Below are positions 1 to 12,209 of a stretch of 64,000 bases of DNA, in pieces (position 1 is the first letter of the stretch; each line of letters starts with the position of its first letter). The position numbers and the translations under genes are program-made. The stretch is from Octopus bimaculoides (lineage: Eukaryota), in assembly GCF_001194135.2 (NCBI RefSeq), contig NC_068988.1:42191261-42255260 (forward strand). The letters run 5' to 3'. Under the pieces are notes generated by a model. It was not told where the DNA came from and searched no databases. It saw only the letters and a list, made by a program, of their open reading frames with translations.

Positions 1-404
1 GGGGTCGGTGGTGAACCCTGCTGTACTATTTCACCACAACTTTCTCTCACTCTTTTTTTCTGTTTCTGTTGTACCTGTATTTCAAAGGGCCAGCCTTGTC
101 ACACTGTGTCACGCTAAATATTCCCGAGAACTACATTAAGGGTACACAAGTCTGTGGAGTGCTCAGCCACTTGCACGTTAATTTCAAGAGCAGGCTGTTC
201 CATTGCTCAGATCAAGTGGAACCCTCATCGTCATAACTGTCGGAGTGCCACGACTATACTGAAAGAAATCGACAATATTTGGTAGTATTAACACAGCACA
301 ACAGAAAACGTTCAGTCAAGAGCTTATCTTTTGCATCTCACATTTTTATGTAATGTTATAAAGTAAAGAACTACAGTTTATACATATACATCATACATAC
401 ACTG

Positions 405-427
405 ATGGACACACACACACACACACA

Positions 428-474
<47 letters not shown>

Positions 475-640
475 ACACATATACCTCATGAATCTAGGTG
501 AATCATTTGGAATGGGTGTGTCAGGCATCATTTCTTTTTATAATTATTAACATGAGTAAACTAGTATATGCACGTGCGTGCTCACACACACACACATGTG
601 CACACATACACACACATGCACACGCACACACACACACACA
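405..640. repeat. (CA)n microsatellites; (TA)n, (GA)n, (CAT)n, (TAT)n and (CTAT)n tracts occur throughout the window
   Basis: Directly visible; several abut N-gaps. Confidence 0.95.
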
Positions 641-2119
641 CAGTTGTTCATACAACTGATTAACATTTTGTAGTATAAATCAATTAATTAGCTGTGTATT
701 TAACATGGACTACATTAAACAAAATCTCTTACAATGTTTCATTATAGCATTTTTCATTTTCCCATGAGTAAAATCGATAAGCTTTGTGTTATGCCTGATG
801 TCCCAGTCAATTTACCTTGGAGGTGTTTTTAAAGATTCTTTGAAAATTGAAATGTCATCATGTAAAAAGTAAAGATCTTGTACTTTTTATTTTTTAGGTC
901 TTAGTCAGATGAAGGGCAATGCATCCAGGGTCCTTTCCTGGGCTCCTGTGACTGGTAGGATGGAAGAAGGAAGTAAAGAAACCTCAGGCTGGAGAAGTGC
1001 CTCCAAATGATTGCAATAGATTAGAAGTTGCTAAAAGTACCCCAGAATCAAATAGTGGTGTCAAATAAGGTGCTAGATAAAATCTACCCCTTGAGAATAG
1101 AAATAGTCTACTCAAAGCACTTCCACATTATTTCTATGGACCCCATTTCACTCAAAAGGCTTTAATCAGCTCAGGGCTATGGTAGAAGACACTTACCCAT
1201 AGTTCTACAGTGGAACAGAACCCAGATCTTGGAGCCATGTGGTTTGGGAACAAGCTGCTTACCACACAGCTGTGTCTGATAACATAGATATTAGACCAGA
1301 AATTTGTGGGGCCAAAACAGATAAGTTTATTAACCTCAGAACTTAATTGGTACTTTATGTTATTGACTCTGGAAGGATGACAGGCAAAAGTTGATTCCAA
1401 CAGGTTTGAAGCATCAACATCAATAATAGGAATAAACACTGCATGGCATATTGTTCAATCTTCAGTTGATTCTGTTCCTAACATTGACACAAGGCCACAG
1501 ATTTGAGTACAGAAGTGCAATTAACTGAATCAGTACTGGCATTTTGTTTTTGTAGCAGAACACTTTATTCTACACTGCATTAGTTCCCTTAACTGTTGAT
1601 ATGATTAGGTACCCCTGAACATTTTTGAATATGCTTGTTTGTGCTGTTCAGATGATGGTTTATATCTCTTCATCTTTGTTACTGTTATATTTTGTGGACA
1701 AGACACTTTAATCAATATTATTTCACTCCACATAGATGACAAGGTACCAGATTACTGGGGATTGTTACCTGTGATATCATTTTAACATATCTAGGGCAGA
1801 TCACCTTAATCTGCATTACCTCACTTCACCTAGCCATTGACAAGAATAGGTAGGTACCACCTGATCAAGGATATGTCATCTGTAATAGATTGGCTTTATA
1901 TCCAGGGTGAGATTTACATCTTATTTCAGTGTTCTGTGGCAGAACATTATATTGTACATTACTTCAGTCCACGCTGTCAGTAGAAATAGACTGGTATCAG
2001 ATCATCTCAGGAATGTTTTATCTGTGGTAACCTGGTATTTTGCCCAGAGGGGAAAATTATTAATCATCTTTATTCTGTTTCTATTGGGAAAAACAAGTAC
2101 CACTACAGGTATCACATGT

Positions 2120-2590
2120 ATATCTTCATCATCATCATCATCATCATCATTTAACACCCATTTTCCATGCTGGCATAGGTTGGATGATTCCTGTTGAAAC
2201 TGGCAAGGCAAGGCAAGGGGCTGCATCAGATTCCATTGTCTCTTTGGCTTGGTTTCTATGAATGGATGCCCTTCCTAACACCAACCACTCCACAGTGGGT
2301 GCTTTTTAAGTGGTATCAGTACCAGTGCTTTTTACATGGCACCAACACACAAACCACTGCTTTTTACATGGCACTTTGGTTTTAGGATCTCAAATCTGTT
2401 GTGGTGGGTGGGTCTTCTCAAGTACAGCAATGTGCCACATATCTTGGTCCTCTGTCGTCTCCTTCATAAGGTTCAGCATTTTGAAATCAGCTTTCAATAT
2501 GTCCCGTGTCTTCCTGGGTCCCCCTCTTCCACAACTTTCCTCCACTTAAAGTGATTAATATTTCTTTGTGCAACTGTCCTCATCTTGGTA
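2120..2590 (-). mobile_element. RTE 3'-end fragment
   Basis: (CAT)n tail plus conserved 3' UTR. Further short copies at about 12490-12680 (-), 15710-15860 (+), 24800-25090 (-), 27400-27700 (-), 60860-61010 (+) and 63783-64000 (-). Confidence 0.75.
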
Positions 2591-5500
2591 TATCATCTTG
2601 GTAATGACATACATGTGATAGATTGACATGTTATCCAGAGAAGGAGATTTATGTCTCATCAACTCTCCAACTATATTTGGCAATGCCTCATTTCACTCTA
2701 TCTGAAAAGAATTGACAATACTGGGCAGTATTAATACAACACAACAGGAAATGTTCAATCAAGACCTTGTTTTCTGTATCGAATATTTTTACGTAATGTC
2801 ATAAAATAATGGACTACAATGTATGCATATTAACACACACACACACACACACACACCTCATGAATCTGGGTGAATGATTTTGAATAGGTGTGCCAGGCAT
2901 CATAGGTTACAAGTGAAAGACCAGCATTATATCATGAAGTGAGTGGGGTAGAAGCAGTGGCAGTTCGTAGATAAAATTAGAGTGGGTGTTGCTTCAGAAA
3001 ATGTTTAGCTGTTGTTTAATATTGTGTAAAAGGAAACAAGCATATAAAAAGAAAATTTATACATAAACTTGATCGGTTTGCATTTTAGTCACTGCCAGGT
3101 AGTGTGCTTAATTTGTTCACTGAACACTGCCACGAAATCCCCCTTGTTTTTCAAAAATTCCCCCTAAATTACAAAATAAGGGGTTGAAATGTGTCCTGGC
3201 AGTAACACTGAAGCTGGAAGCAGGATAATAATCTAATTCTACACTTTATCACATTCAAGAATATAAACACTTTTTAAGCACAATACACACAGTATAAAAG
3301 AAACACTGCCTTTCACCCGGCACAGTCATTCATGCAATGCTCTCTCTCCCTAACGTGAAGCTTCCTATCTTGGACATGTGAGCATGCGCACAACAGCCAA
3401 ACACCACATCACTGGAACTGTGAAGTGCATAGTTCTATACAAGGATTTTGTATTTTTTTCATAAACTAGGGATGGTTACTAACATTAAGCTTAAGGATTA
3501 TATAATGTACAAGTATAAAGAAAGAATTAAAGAAGAAAGGACTCATTATATTGAATGTTATCGATAATATCGAGTGGAAATAGTGGGTGCTGCAGTTCCG
3601 CAGTTCCTATACATGAACCGCCGCTGGGTGGAAGTATACTTGTCTTTTTTCTATATCTTCCTAATGTTGTCAAAGCAAAGCTAAGCATCAACATTTTAAA
3701 GTTCATCATGGTTCAGAAATCAGTTATATATTATTGGAAATTACAAAAAATTTATATATCCTGCTAAGAGAGTTGATGAGAGGCAAAATACGATTGTGTC
3801 ACACAAGGCTTAAAACCTGTGACCTGTAAAACATGTGGCATGAGGCTAAAATAGTTTGTGGAATGGAGGTACATGTGGCTGAAATTATCATCCATACATG
3901 AATGACAAGGGAATATTTTATTGAAGTCACAAAATGCCTCTTGTGGGAATGAAGAAGTAGAAAATATATGGATTGAGCCTAATTACACTAATTACTGGGG
4001 TACCTAATCCAATAACAGTTTCCATGACAACAGCACGAAGCAGCAGAGGCCTATGTCATCACTTATGTTAGATGTTGTTTTGTGTATTATTTTCTTTATG
4101 TTAAAAATGAAGCCTTACAAGCTATGCTCATTTCTTTGTGGTTAATTATAGCTGTCACAACTAAATGGGTTTATCAATTTGTAGAGAATGTGAATAAAAC
4201 TATTTTAATTGTTATCATGTGGTTTTGTTTATTTTGGTCGAATTCACAATTCCATATATTGGTGATCCCAATGTGATTCCAACTTGTACATTTCTGATAA
4301 AAGAATTTCTTGTTATAATTCAGTTTTTCAGAACCCCTTCTTTTTGTTTTATTCAATCTTGCTTCTCACAATATAGAAACATTTCTCATGGCACCAGCAG
4401 ACAAAACGGAAAAGGCATTGCCCCAGATGATAACAAGGGAGATGCACTGGAACAGCCACTCTGATTCATGGGGCTTGCACTTGTGGACAGCAATCTCTGC
4501 CTGATAGCAGTGAGCAGGGATATGGTCCAGGGACCAAACAAGCAACATTTTACTCTTCACTACTTTAAATATCAGTGGCTAGGAACTAATGTAGCAAATA
4601 TCTCATGTTGTTATATTTGTAGAGCATCAGAGATGTGACTACAAATCCACAGATTTGCAGTTCACTATAGTTAATGACCATCATCACTTTCTGGAGAATT
4701 CACCATCAGCAACTTCTATGAGAACAGCAAGCAGTAGAACCAACCTGCATCATCAAATTTCAAACTACTCTGTCTGAAATTTGATGATGCAGGTTGGTTC
4801 AGTGCCATCTTCATCATCTACACAAAATAAAACTGCAAATGAGCTTATGTCAGCACTTTTCTAACCAGTCAGTGACTAAGACTGATGTTACATTAACAAG
4901 TGTTGCTGTTAGGAGAAACTATGAAAGAGGAAATGTTAGCAATACTTGTCTGCCAGGTATGCAGCCCATTGTAGAGTGGTGGGGCCAATGAAAATAGCCT
5001 AGAGACCAAGTTACAGTGTATATGTAATCATAGAATTTTTGCTAGTCATCATAGTAAAGATAGTCGCAGCAAATATAGCTGCACACAACTAAAGTACACA
5101 TAGTCCTAAAGATTTTGCCAGTCATCATAGCAAAGGTGGTCACAGTAGATATAGCAACAATGGACAGCAAATCAACTATGATATTTTAAAATTATAGCAA
5201 TGGGCAGCAGCTCAGTTATGAAGTATGAAAACATTGAAAGGATGACAAGTAGACCCAATAAAGAGGACAGCAGACTAGCTATGAAATAATCAATTTATGT
5301 AAATCTTTTCTTAGCAACTTAAATACTGCTATATAGAACATCAGCTAGCTGAATTATCATACATCCAACTAGTATAGCTACAGCTGAGCTCACACAAAAA
5401 CTACAGAGTTTGCCAGACACCCTTTTTATAAACAACTTAGACTCTCAGCCTGTTCAAGGTCAATTGTTCCCATGAATGGTGATAAATTTTCCTATCAGTA

Positions 5501-5940
5501 TGCTTACTTTCTTCCCTACTTAATACAGTTGCATTACACACACATACGTATGTGTATGAACCACACACACACAAGCACATATGTATGTGTGTTGTATATG
5601 TACATTCATCTCTATATACATAACAATCACTGTATGTATAACATTCGGCATTTCAGGTATATCTGTAAAATACTTCTATTTTGAGTATTTTTAACTTAGA
5701 TATCAAAAATGAAATTTTAAATCAAATGTACATTTTATTGTCACAGCTACTTTGATTTATTGATCAGTAGGGAATATAAATAAGACAATTCCAACAATTA
5801 CCACATGTATTTTTGCTTCTCTTCAAATCTATATTTCATTACATGACTATATGTATATATGTGTGTGTATACATACATAAATGTGTGCATGTATGTGTGT
5901 GTGTACATGTCAATATATTATACATAAATATATATATATA

Positions 5941-6136
5941 TCATTTCGCCATGATAGATCACTGACCACTACACACATTTTTTTTTCTCTCCTTGTTTCT
6001 TTCTGTGTTCCTTTCTGTGGAAGAGCGTAGGCTCAAAATGTTAAAGACTTTCTCAATTCCCGAGCATTATACTAATACATCTATTTGTTTTCTACACCAC
6101 CTGTCTTCGCCTGTTGTTTTTTTGTGAATTCTCCCT

Positions 6137-6140
<4 letters not shown>
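5941..6140 (+). mobile_element. Penelope-like terminal repeat remnant with a decayed hammerhead (6011-6046)
   Basis: Hammerhead-shaped motif in a T-rich unit bounded by (TA)n; PLE assignment is inferred from that motif. Confidence 0.5.
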
Positions 6141-6177
<37 letters not shown>

Positions 6178-6830
6178 TATAAAACAAAATAGAAAGTAAA
6201 AACTAAAGAAGATTTGTTTTATATGGTTAAAAAATATCTTAAAATTGTCATGTTAGGAAAATGATATAAAATTTTGTGTATAGTATCGCACAAAATTTTA
6301 TATCAATATGAAGACTAAAAGAAGTAGCACATATGTTAGGACACAACAACCTCCTAAGCAGTCCGAGTGCAGATATGAATAGCATATGGGAACCAGTGTT
6401 GAGGAAGGATAGGAAAATATTAGATTTATAAGCCCTAAAATTCACTCCATAATTGCCCATGGGCATATGGCGTAGTGGTTAAGAGCGTGGGTTACTAATA
6501 CCAAGATTCCGAGTTCAATTTCAAGCAGTGACCTTATTAATAATAATAACATCAAAAATGAGAACCCAGCCGAAATGTGTTAACAACAAACAAGATGAGG
6601 GCAAATATCTGTCAAATGTAAATAATGTACCAGGTTATTAGTATCACTATGCCTAAGCAAAATAATAAAATATATATATGTGTGTATGTATGTATGTATA
6701 TATATATATATATACCTCAATGCTTCTAAAGCAAACTTCGTTTACTTTCATTGTAATTTGAATCTAATGTACGATAGCGTCTTATAAAGTGGGATTTATA
6801 TATCCTAAATTTGCAGAAGAATTTGTTGTT

Positions 6831-6909
6831 GGATCAGTTTAGCTTAAAGGTAAAGCACTGTGACGCGTAATTATAGGGATGTGAGTTTGAGTCTCATGGC
6901 TGGCCGCCA
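6831..6909 (+). pseudogene. tRNA-Thr-derived head (anticodon CGT) of a short repeat; not a functional tRNA
   Basis: Cloverleaf-like with D arm GCTT..AAGC, anticodon loop CGCGTAA, T arm GTGAG/CTCAT with TTTGA, ends in CCA. Confidence 0.55.
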
Positions 6910-7103
6910 ACAAATTTTTCTGCAAAATGTGGATAGTTTATCCTATATTATTAGCATTATCCTGTGATTGAGAATAAAATTATTTCGTTATCTTTCAATA
7001 CATCTCAATGCTTCTAAAACAAACTTTGTTTACTTTCATCGTAATTTGAATTTAATATATATACATATTCCCACACACATACATATATATGTGTGTGTGT
7101 GTA

Positions 7104-7257
7104 GAAGGGAAACAAAGAAAGCTTCTGACAATGTGGAAAGTTTCACAAAACTTTTATATTTCAGGCACAAAGGCCCATCCTCAGAAGAAAAACAAGTCTG
7201 AGATTTGTATTTTGAGAAACTTTCCACGTTGTCAGAAGTTTTTTTGTTTTCTCCTTC
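7104..7257. mobile_element. Foldback (inverted-repeat) element, probably Penelope-like-derived
   Basis: About 60-nt arms 7104-7164 and 7198-7257 are reverse complements (aagcttctgacaatgtggaaagtttc / gaaactttccacgttgtcagaagtt). Confidence 0.7.
7151..7190 (-). ncRNA. Minimal hammerhead motif inside a foldback element
   Basis: Minus strand TTTCTT-CTGAGGA-T-GGGC-CTTTGT-GCCT-GAAA-TATA-AAAG; intact core, weak stem I. Confidence 0.55.
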
Positions 7258-9229
7258 ATCGATATTACAACACTTCAAGCAAACTACGACACTCTCATAG
7301 CAGTTGCTGGCATGACTGTCTGGTAAGAAGCTTGCTGCCTAACCACATGGTTTTGGGTTCAGTCCCTCCATGTGGCACCTTGGGCAAGTGTCTCCTTCTG
7401 TAGCCTTGGGCTGACCTAAGCCTTGTGAATGGATGTGGTAGACAGAAACTGAAAGAAGCCAGTCGTGTGTGTGTATGTGTATGTGTGTGTGTGTGTATGT
7501 GTGTGTGAATATGTGTGCACGTGTCTTTATGTCTATCTTTGTGTCTACCCCACCTCATCTCCCCCACTTAGTACTCAATACATTCAAATAAAAACTCTTC
7601 TAGGTGGTGTCTCAGCATGACTGCAGTCTAATGACTCTACTGGATCAGTACTGATCTGACAGCTAATCAACCTCCCTATCCATGTAAATGTCTATTAATC
7701 CTTGTATAGAAAGCATAGTTTCAAGCTCAAAACCAGTGTGTGACTATATAAACACCCAGGAATAAAACTTAATGACAGAGTTTATATCAATCAAAATTTA
7801 ATGTAGACACAGCTATAAATGTTGTAAATATACACTCTAAGAATTAAATCAATAGTATGGAAGTGAATGTAATCTGAGGGAGATTCGGTTGTTCACTCAA
7901 GCAGAATGGGTGACTATACTAAATACTCTCTCTCTCCTTGAGCTGCTTTTTAGGGCCAGAGCAGAGCTTAGCTTTAGTTGCAAGATATTAAGGGGAGGTA
8001 AAATAAATCTCCAAGTTAATAGGGTGTCAAACTGTGAACCAAAGTGTCTAGTGGTCATATCTTGTTTACAACACAGCACTGCACTCATGGTGAAGACATC
8101 TAACTAACTTGGTTTGTCTTGCTGTAAATAGGTAAATTATTATCATTAACATCGTCACTATCATCGTCATTATTGTAGGAGCTTTTTTTATATATATATT
8201 TGCTTTTCCATGTTAGCATGTGTTAGAAGGAAATGTGAAAATATAGATATAAAATGCCTCTTAAGTCATACATCTTTAAAGGACAGATGTTTAATTCTGG
8301 TTTCTTTGATATGAAATGGATGAGAAATGAATATCCTCCTGGATAGTATGTTATTCTCTAACAGGTAACATTCCCCCAGAACATTTGGCTCCTATCTATT
8401 TCTGCCAACAGTTGAGTTAAGTGAGGTGATGTCCTGGCCAGAAAATTGTAAAACCATTATAAATCGTCTTTGTTTTTATAGACCCAGGTTAGCCCTGATC
8501 CAAAAAATGTGTGCTCAAAAACATCCAGTCTTAACAATCCTTTTGGGTGGGGGACTTTTTTTTTTTTTTTTTACATTGGAAGCGGGTTCTGTTACAGAAA
8601 TACTTTATCTCTCACTGTATGTTACTAAAAAATCCACATAGAAAAAAAGTAAGTCTTTCTGTAGGTTGAGATTATTTAACAACAAATTTACATTGCATCG
8701 GTTAGACAGACTTATGACCAATGCCTTTTAGCCCCGATTATCTTGTTTCTTTCTTTTTTTTTCTTTTCTTTTTTTATATAGTTTAATGCATTCTTCCCTC
8801 TCATAATTTGAGGAAGATTTGCCTGTTATTTTTAACAAGTCGGCAACTAATTCCAGATTCTCCAGTCGTCTTTTCATAGACCATTGTTGTTCTTTCTTAG
8901 CCCGAGATCGGCCCTGTCAAGGTACTTTTATGAACAACAGAATTCCTTTTTTAAGACGGAATATTTGTGGAATATATTGCTATTATTTCTAGCAGTTGGT
9001 AAGGAAACAGGGAACTAAAGAAAGGACAAGAAAACAAAATGTAGATCGAAATATATCCCGAGTCGAGAAAAACAACTGTTTCCCAGATCCGTAAATCATA
9101 TATCGTATTTATATTCATAAGGATCAATGTCTTCCATATATTTATTTTATTTAACTAAGTAAACATTTCCATGATACATAAACGAGAGACAAAGACAGAG
9201 AGGTCAAGTATGAAAGAGAAAGAGCATCT

Positions 9230-9500
9230 GTGTATGTGTATGTGTGACAGAGAGAGGAAGTCATATATGTGGGCGAGAGAGGGAAAGAGAGAGATAGCAT
9301 ATATATGATAAGAGCGCGTCTACATATGAGAACAGAGAGATAAAAGAGAAAGAGGGAGAGAGGGAGAGAGAGAGAGAGCAGCCGCGCACGCGTGTGTAAA
9401 TGAAAAAAAAAAAGAAAAGAAAGTGTGAGGGTGATAGAGAATGGATGAGAAAGAAAGAGAGAGAGCGCGGTAGAGTGGGTGAGTGTGTTTGTTGATGAAT
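9230..9500 (+). promoter_or_regulatory. Probable promoter / 5' UTR: (GA)n-rich tract with a CpG-containing core (gcagccgcgcacgcgtg)
   Basis: Lies 140-400 nt upstream of the ATG and retains CpGs in a CpG-poor window. The TSS cannot be determined from sequence. Confidence 0.35.
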
Positions 9501-9638
9501 TGTATACAGCAAGATCTCGTAACAGTATTATATGATACTCGACCTGTCTATCGTTTTCATTTTTTAGAATATATTTACAAACAACAGGGCTTGGTTTTTA
9601 GATTCTGAAGAGGAGAAATAAACCGCAATTTTCTCATA

Positions 9639-10244
9639 ATGGCAGCTACATTGTTCGTTATTAAATTGCCGAAGCAAAAATCATGTTTGTCAAAACTCGA
9701 ACGGAGTAATTCAAGTTCCGAGCTGTTGTTAGAAACCGCACCTAACTCTGATTTATTATTCGGGGATAACCAAAACACCAATTGTTCCTTTAATGATAAT
9801 ATTTCGTCTACAAAGGTTTGTGAAGCATCCGAAGCTGTCTCTCCAAAATCAAGCAATGACAACACTATTACATCTACGGTTTCCAACAACGTCAATTACA
9901 GAAGTGTTGGTAGTGACAGCAGTAATATTAGTAATAAAAATGATAAGTCTGGTGCAAACAGTATTAATGTTTTGGATCAAGAGTCCGGTGGATCGATAGG
10001 AAAGGATGATGTTGACGTGCAAATCAAAATCAGTGGTTCGGACGTTAAAGGTCAGGGTAACAATAAAACACTGGCGATCGAAAATTCCGCATCGAGTAAC
10101 TTGAATGAAGGATCACCTCAGCTGGGCGCAGATTCACGAGATCGAACAGTGAAATTGGAGTGTAGATTCCAAGTGACACCTATAGATGAAACAGAACCCG
10201 AACATGAAATGCAGGATTTTATCCCTAAGGAAACCCCTGAAACG
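9639..10244 (+). CDS. DUF389 gene exon 1 (MAATLFVIKLP...ETPET), 202 codons
   Basis: ATG at 9639, open frame, donor ACG|GTAAGA at 10245, phase 0. Confidence 0.85.
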
Positions 10245-12163
10245 GTAAGAAAATTTATTTTTTTCTTTTTGGCAGGTGCATGACAATGTGCCCATATTTG
10301 CTGACATAAATATACATACATAAATTCATGCATTCATGTAGTGAAGGTGCGTGGCGTAGTGATTAGGGAGCTACACTCTGGATCGTAAGATTGTGGTTTC
10401 GATTTCTGGACCGGATAATCTTTTTTTGATTGAAACAAACAGGAAAAAAAATCTGTGTTCTTGAGCAAAGCACTACATTTCCCGTTGGTAAGAATACGTC
10501 ACAGAATACGGGGAAACCGGATACATGAGCCTATATGACTCAGGAAGGACCTTTATACAACCATATATAATGGTTCTTAATGATAAGTATTCCATTCAGG
10601 ATTAACTGTCCACTCAATGAACTACAGTGTAGATATTATTAACTTAATCCTCTAACAAAGTCAGCGTAACACAATGTATCAGTTGCAGGTACAGTCTAAC
10701 CGATGGCACACCAGAATATCTATAGGTTCGTAACATTATAAATGTTCATACACATTTATAATTAAATATGTGTGTATATATATATATATATCATTTGTAG
10801 AAAACAAATCCGAAGGAGAAGCACACTCGAAGCACTCTAAGATGTAGAGCTGTGTATATTTTAAAATGGGGAAGGCCTGTTCGTGGGAGGGGGAAAAGCC
10901 TTGGTACTGAGGCCTTTCTCCCTCCATATTTTGAAGAGGTCTTAGACCAACAGGTTTTGAGGTCTGACGATACGCCATAAAGCTAAACCTTTTATGGAGG
11001 GGAAACCCAGGGTAATCCCATAAACCGGCCTTCCTTATTTCAGTATATATCATCATCGTCATCATCATCATTTAACGTCTGCTTTCCATGCTGGCATGGG
11101 TTGGACGGTTTGACTGGAGACTGGTGAGCCAGATGGCTGCACCAGGCTCCAATCTGATCTGGCAGAGTTTCTACAGCTGGATGCCTTTCCTAATGCCAAC
11201 CACTCCAAGAGTGTAGTGGGTGCTTTTACGTGCCACCAGCACAAGGGCCAGTCCAGCGACACTGGCAACGACCTCGCTCGAATGTTGTTTTCTACGTACC
11301 ACCGGCACAAGTGCCAGTAAGGCGAAGCTGGTAATGATCATGCTCGAATGGTGCTTTTTACATGCCACCGGTACAAGGGCCAGTCAGCGGCCCTGGCAAC
11401 GATCATGCTTGGATGGTGCTCTTAGCGCTCCACTAGCACAGATGCCAGTCATGTGGTGCTGTCATCAAATTTGATTTCGATTTCATTTGCCTCAATAGGT
11501 CTTCACAAGCAGAGTTTAGTATCTAATGAAAGAAAAGTACGCCTAAGTGGGCTGGTTACATCACTGGCATAGGCCACAGGTTATAGTCTGACTTGGCTTG
11601 CTGGGTCTTCTCAAGCACAGCATATTTCCAAAGGTCTTGGTCACTAGACATTGCCTCGGTGAGGCCTAATGTTTGAAGGTCGTGATTCACCACCTCATCC
11701 TAGGTCTTCTTGGGTCTACCTCTTACACAGTTTCCCCTCAACTACTAGGGTGTGACACTTTTTCACACAGCTATCCTCATCCATTCATACCACATGACCA
11801 TACCAACGCAGTCGTCTCTCTTGCACACCACATCTGATGCTTCTTAGGTCCAAATTTTCTCTCAAGGTACTTACACTCTGTCAAGTATGCACACTGACAT
11901 TACACATCCATCGGAGCATACTGGCTTCATTCCTTGCAAGCTTATGCATGTTCTCAGCAGTCACGTCCCATGTAGCATGGCTGTTCGTACACATGGAGGA
12001 CTATGATAAATAGGAGGGGGCTGAGGACTGAAGACTTATTTTTTGTAAGCCTAGTAGTTATTCTATCAGTCTTTTTTGCCAAACCGCTAAGTTTCAGGGA
12101 TGTTAAGACACCAACACCAGTTGTCAAGTGATGGTGGGAGCACAAACACACACACACACACAA

Positions 12164-12209
<46 letters not shown>

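Noticed and set aside
6831-6909. Functional tRNA-Thr gene
   Set aside because: Mismatched stems, non-U at position 33, mutated T loop, genomically encoded CCA and a shared repeat body indicate a derived repeat.
9575-9999. ORFs 9575..9895 (-) and 9793..9999 (+)
   Set aside because: Shadow frames of exon 1 with no independent features.
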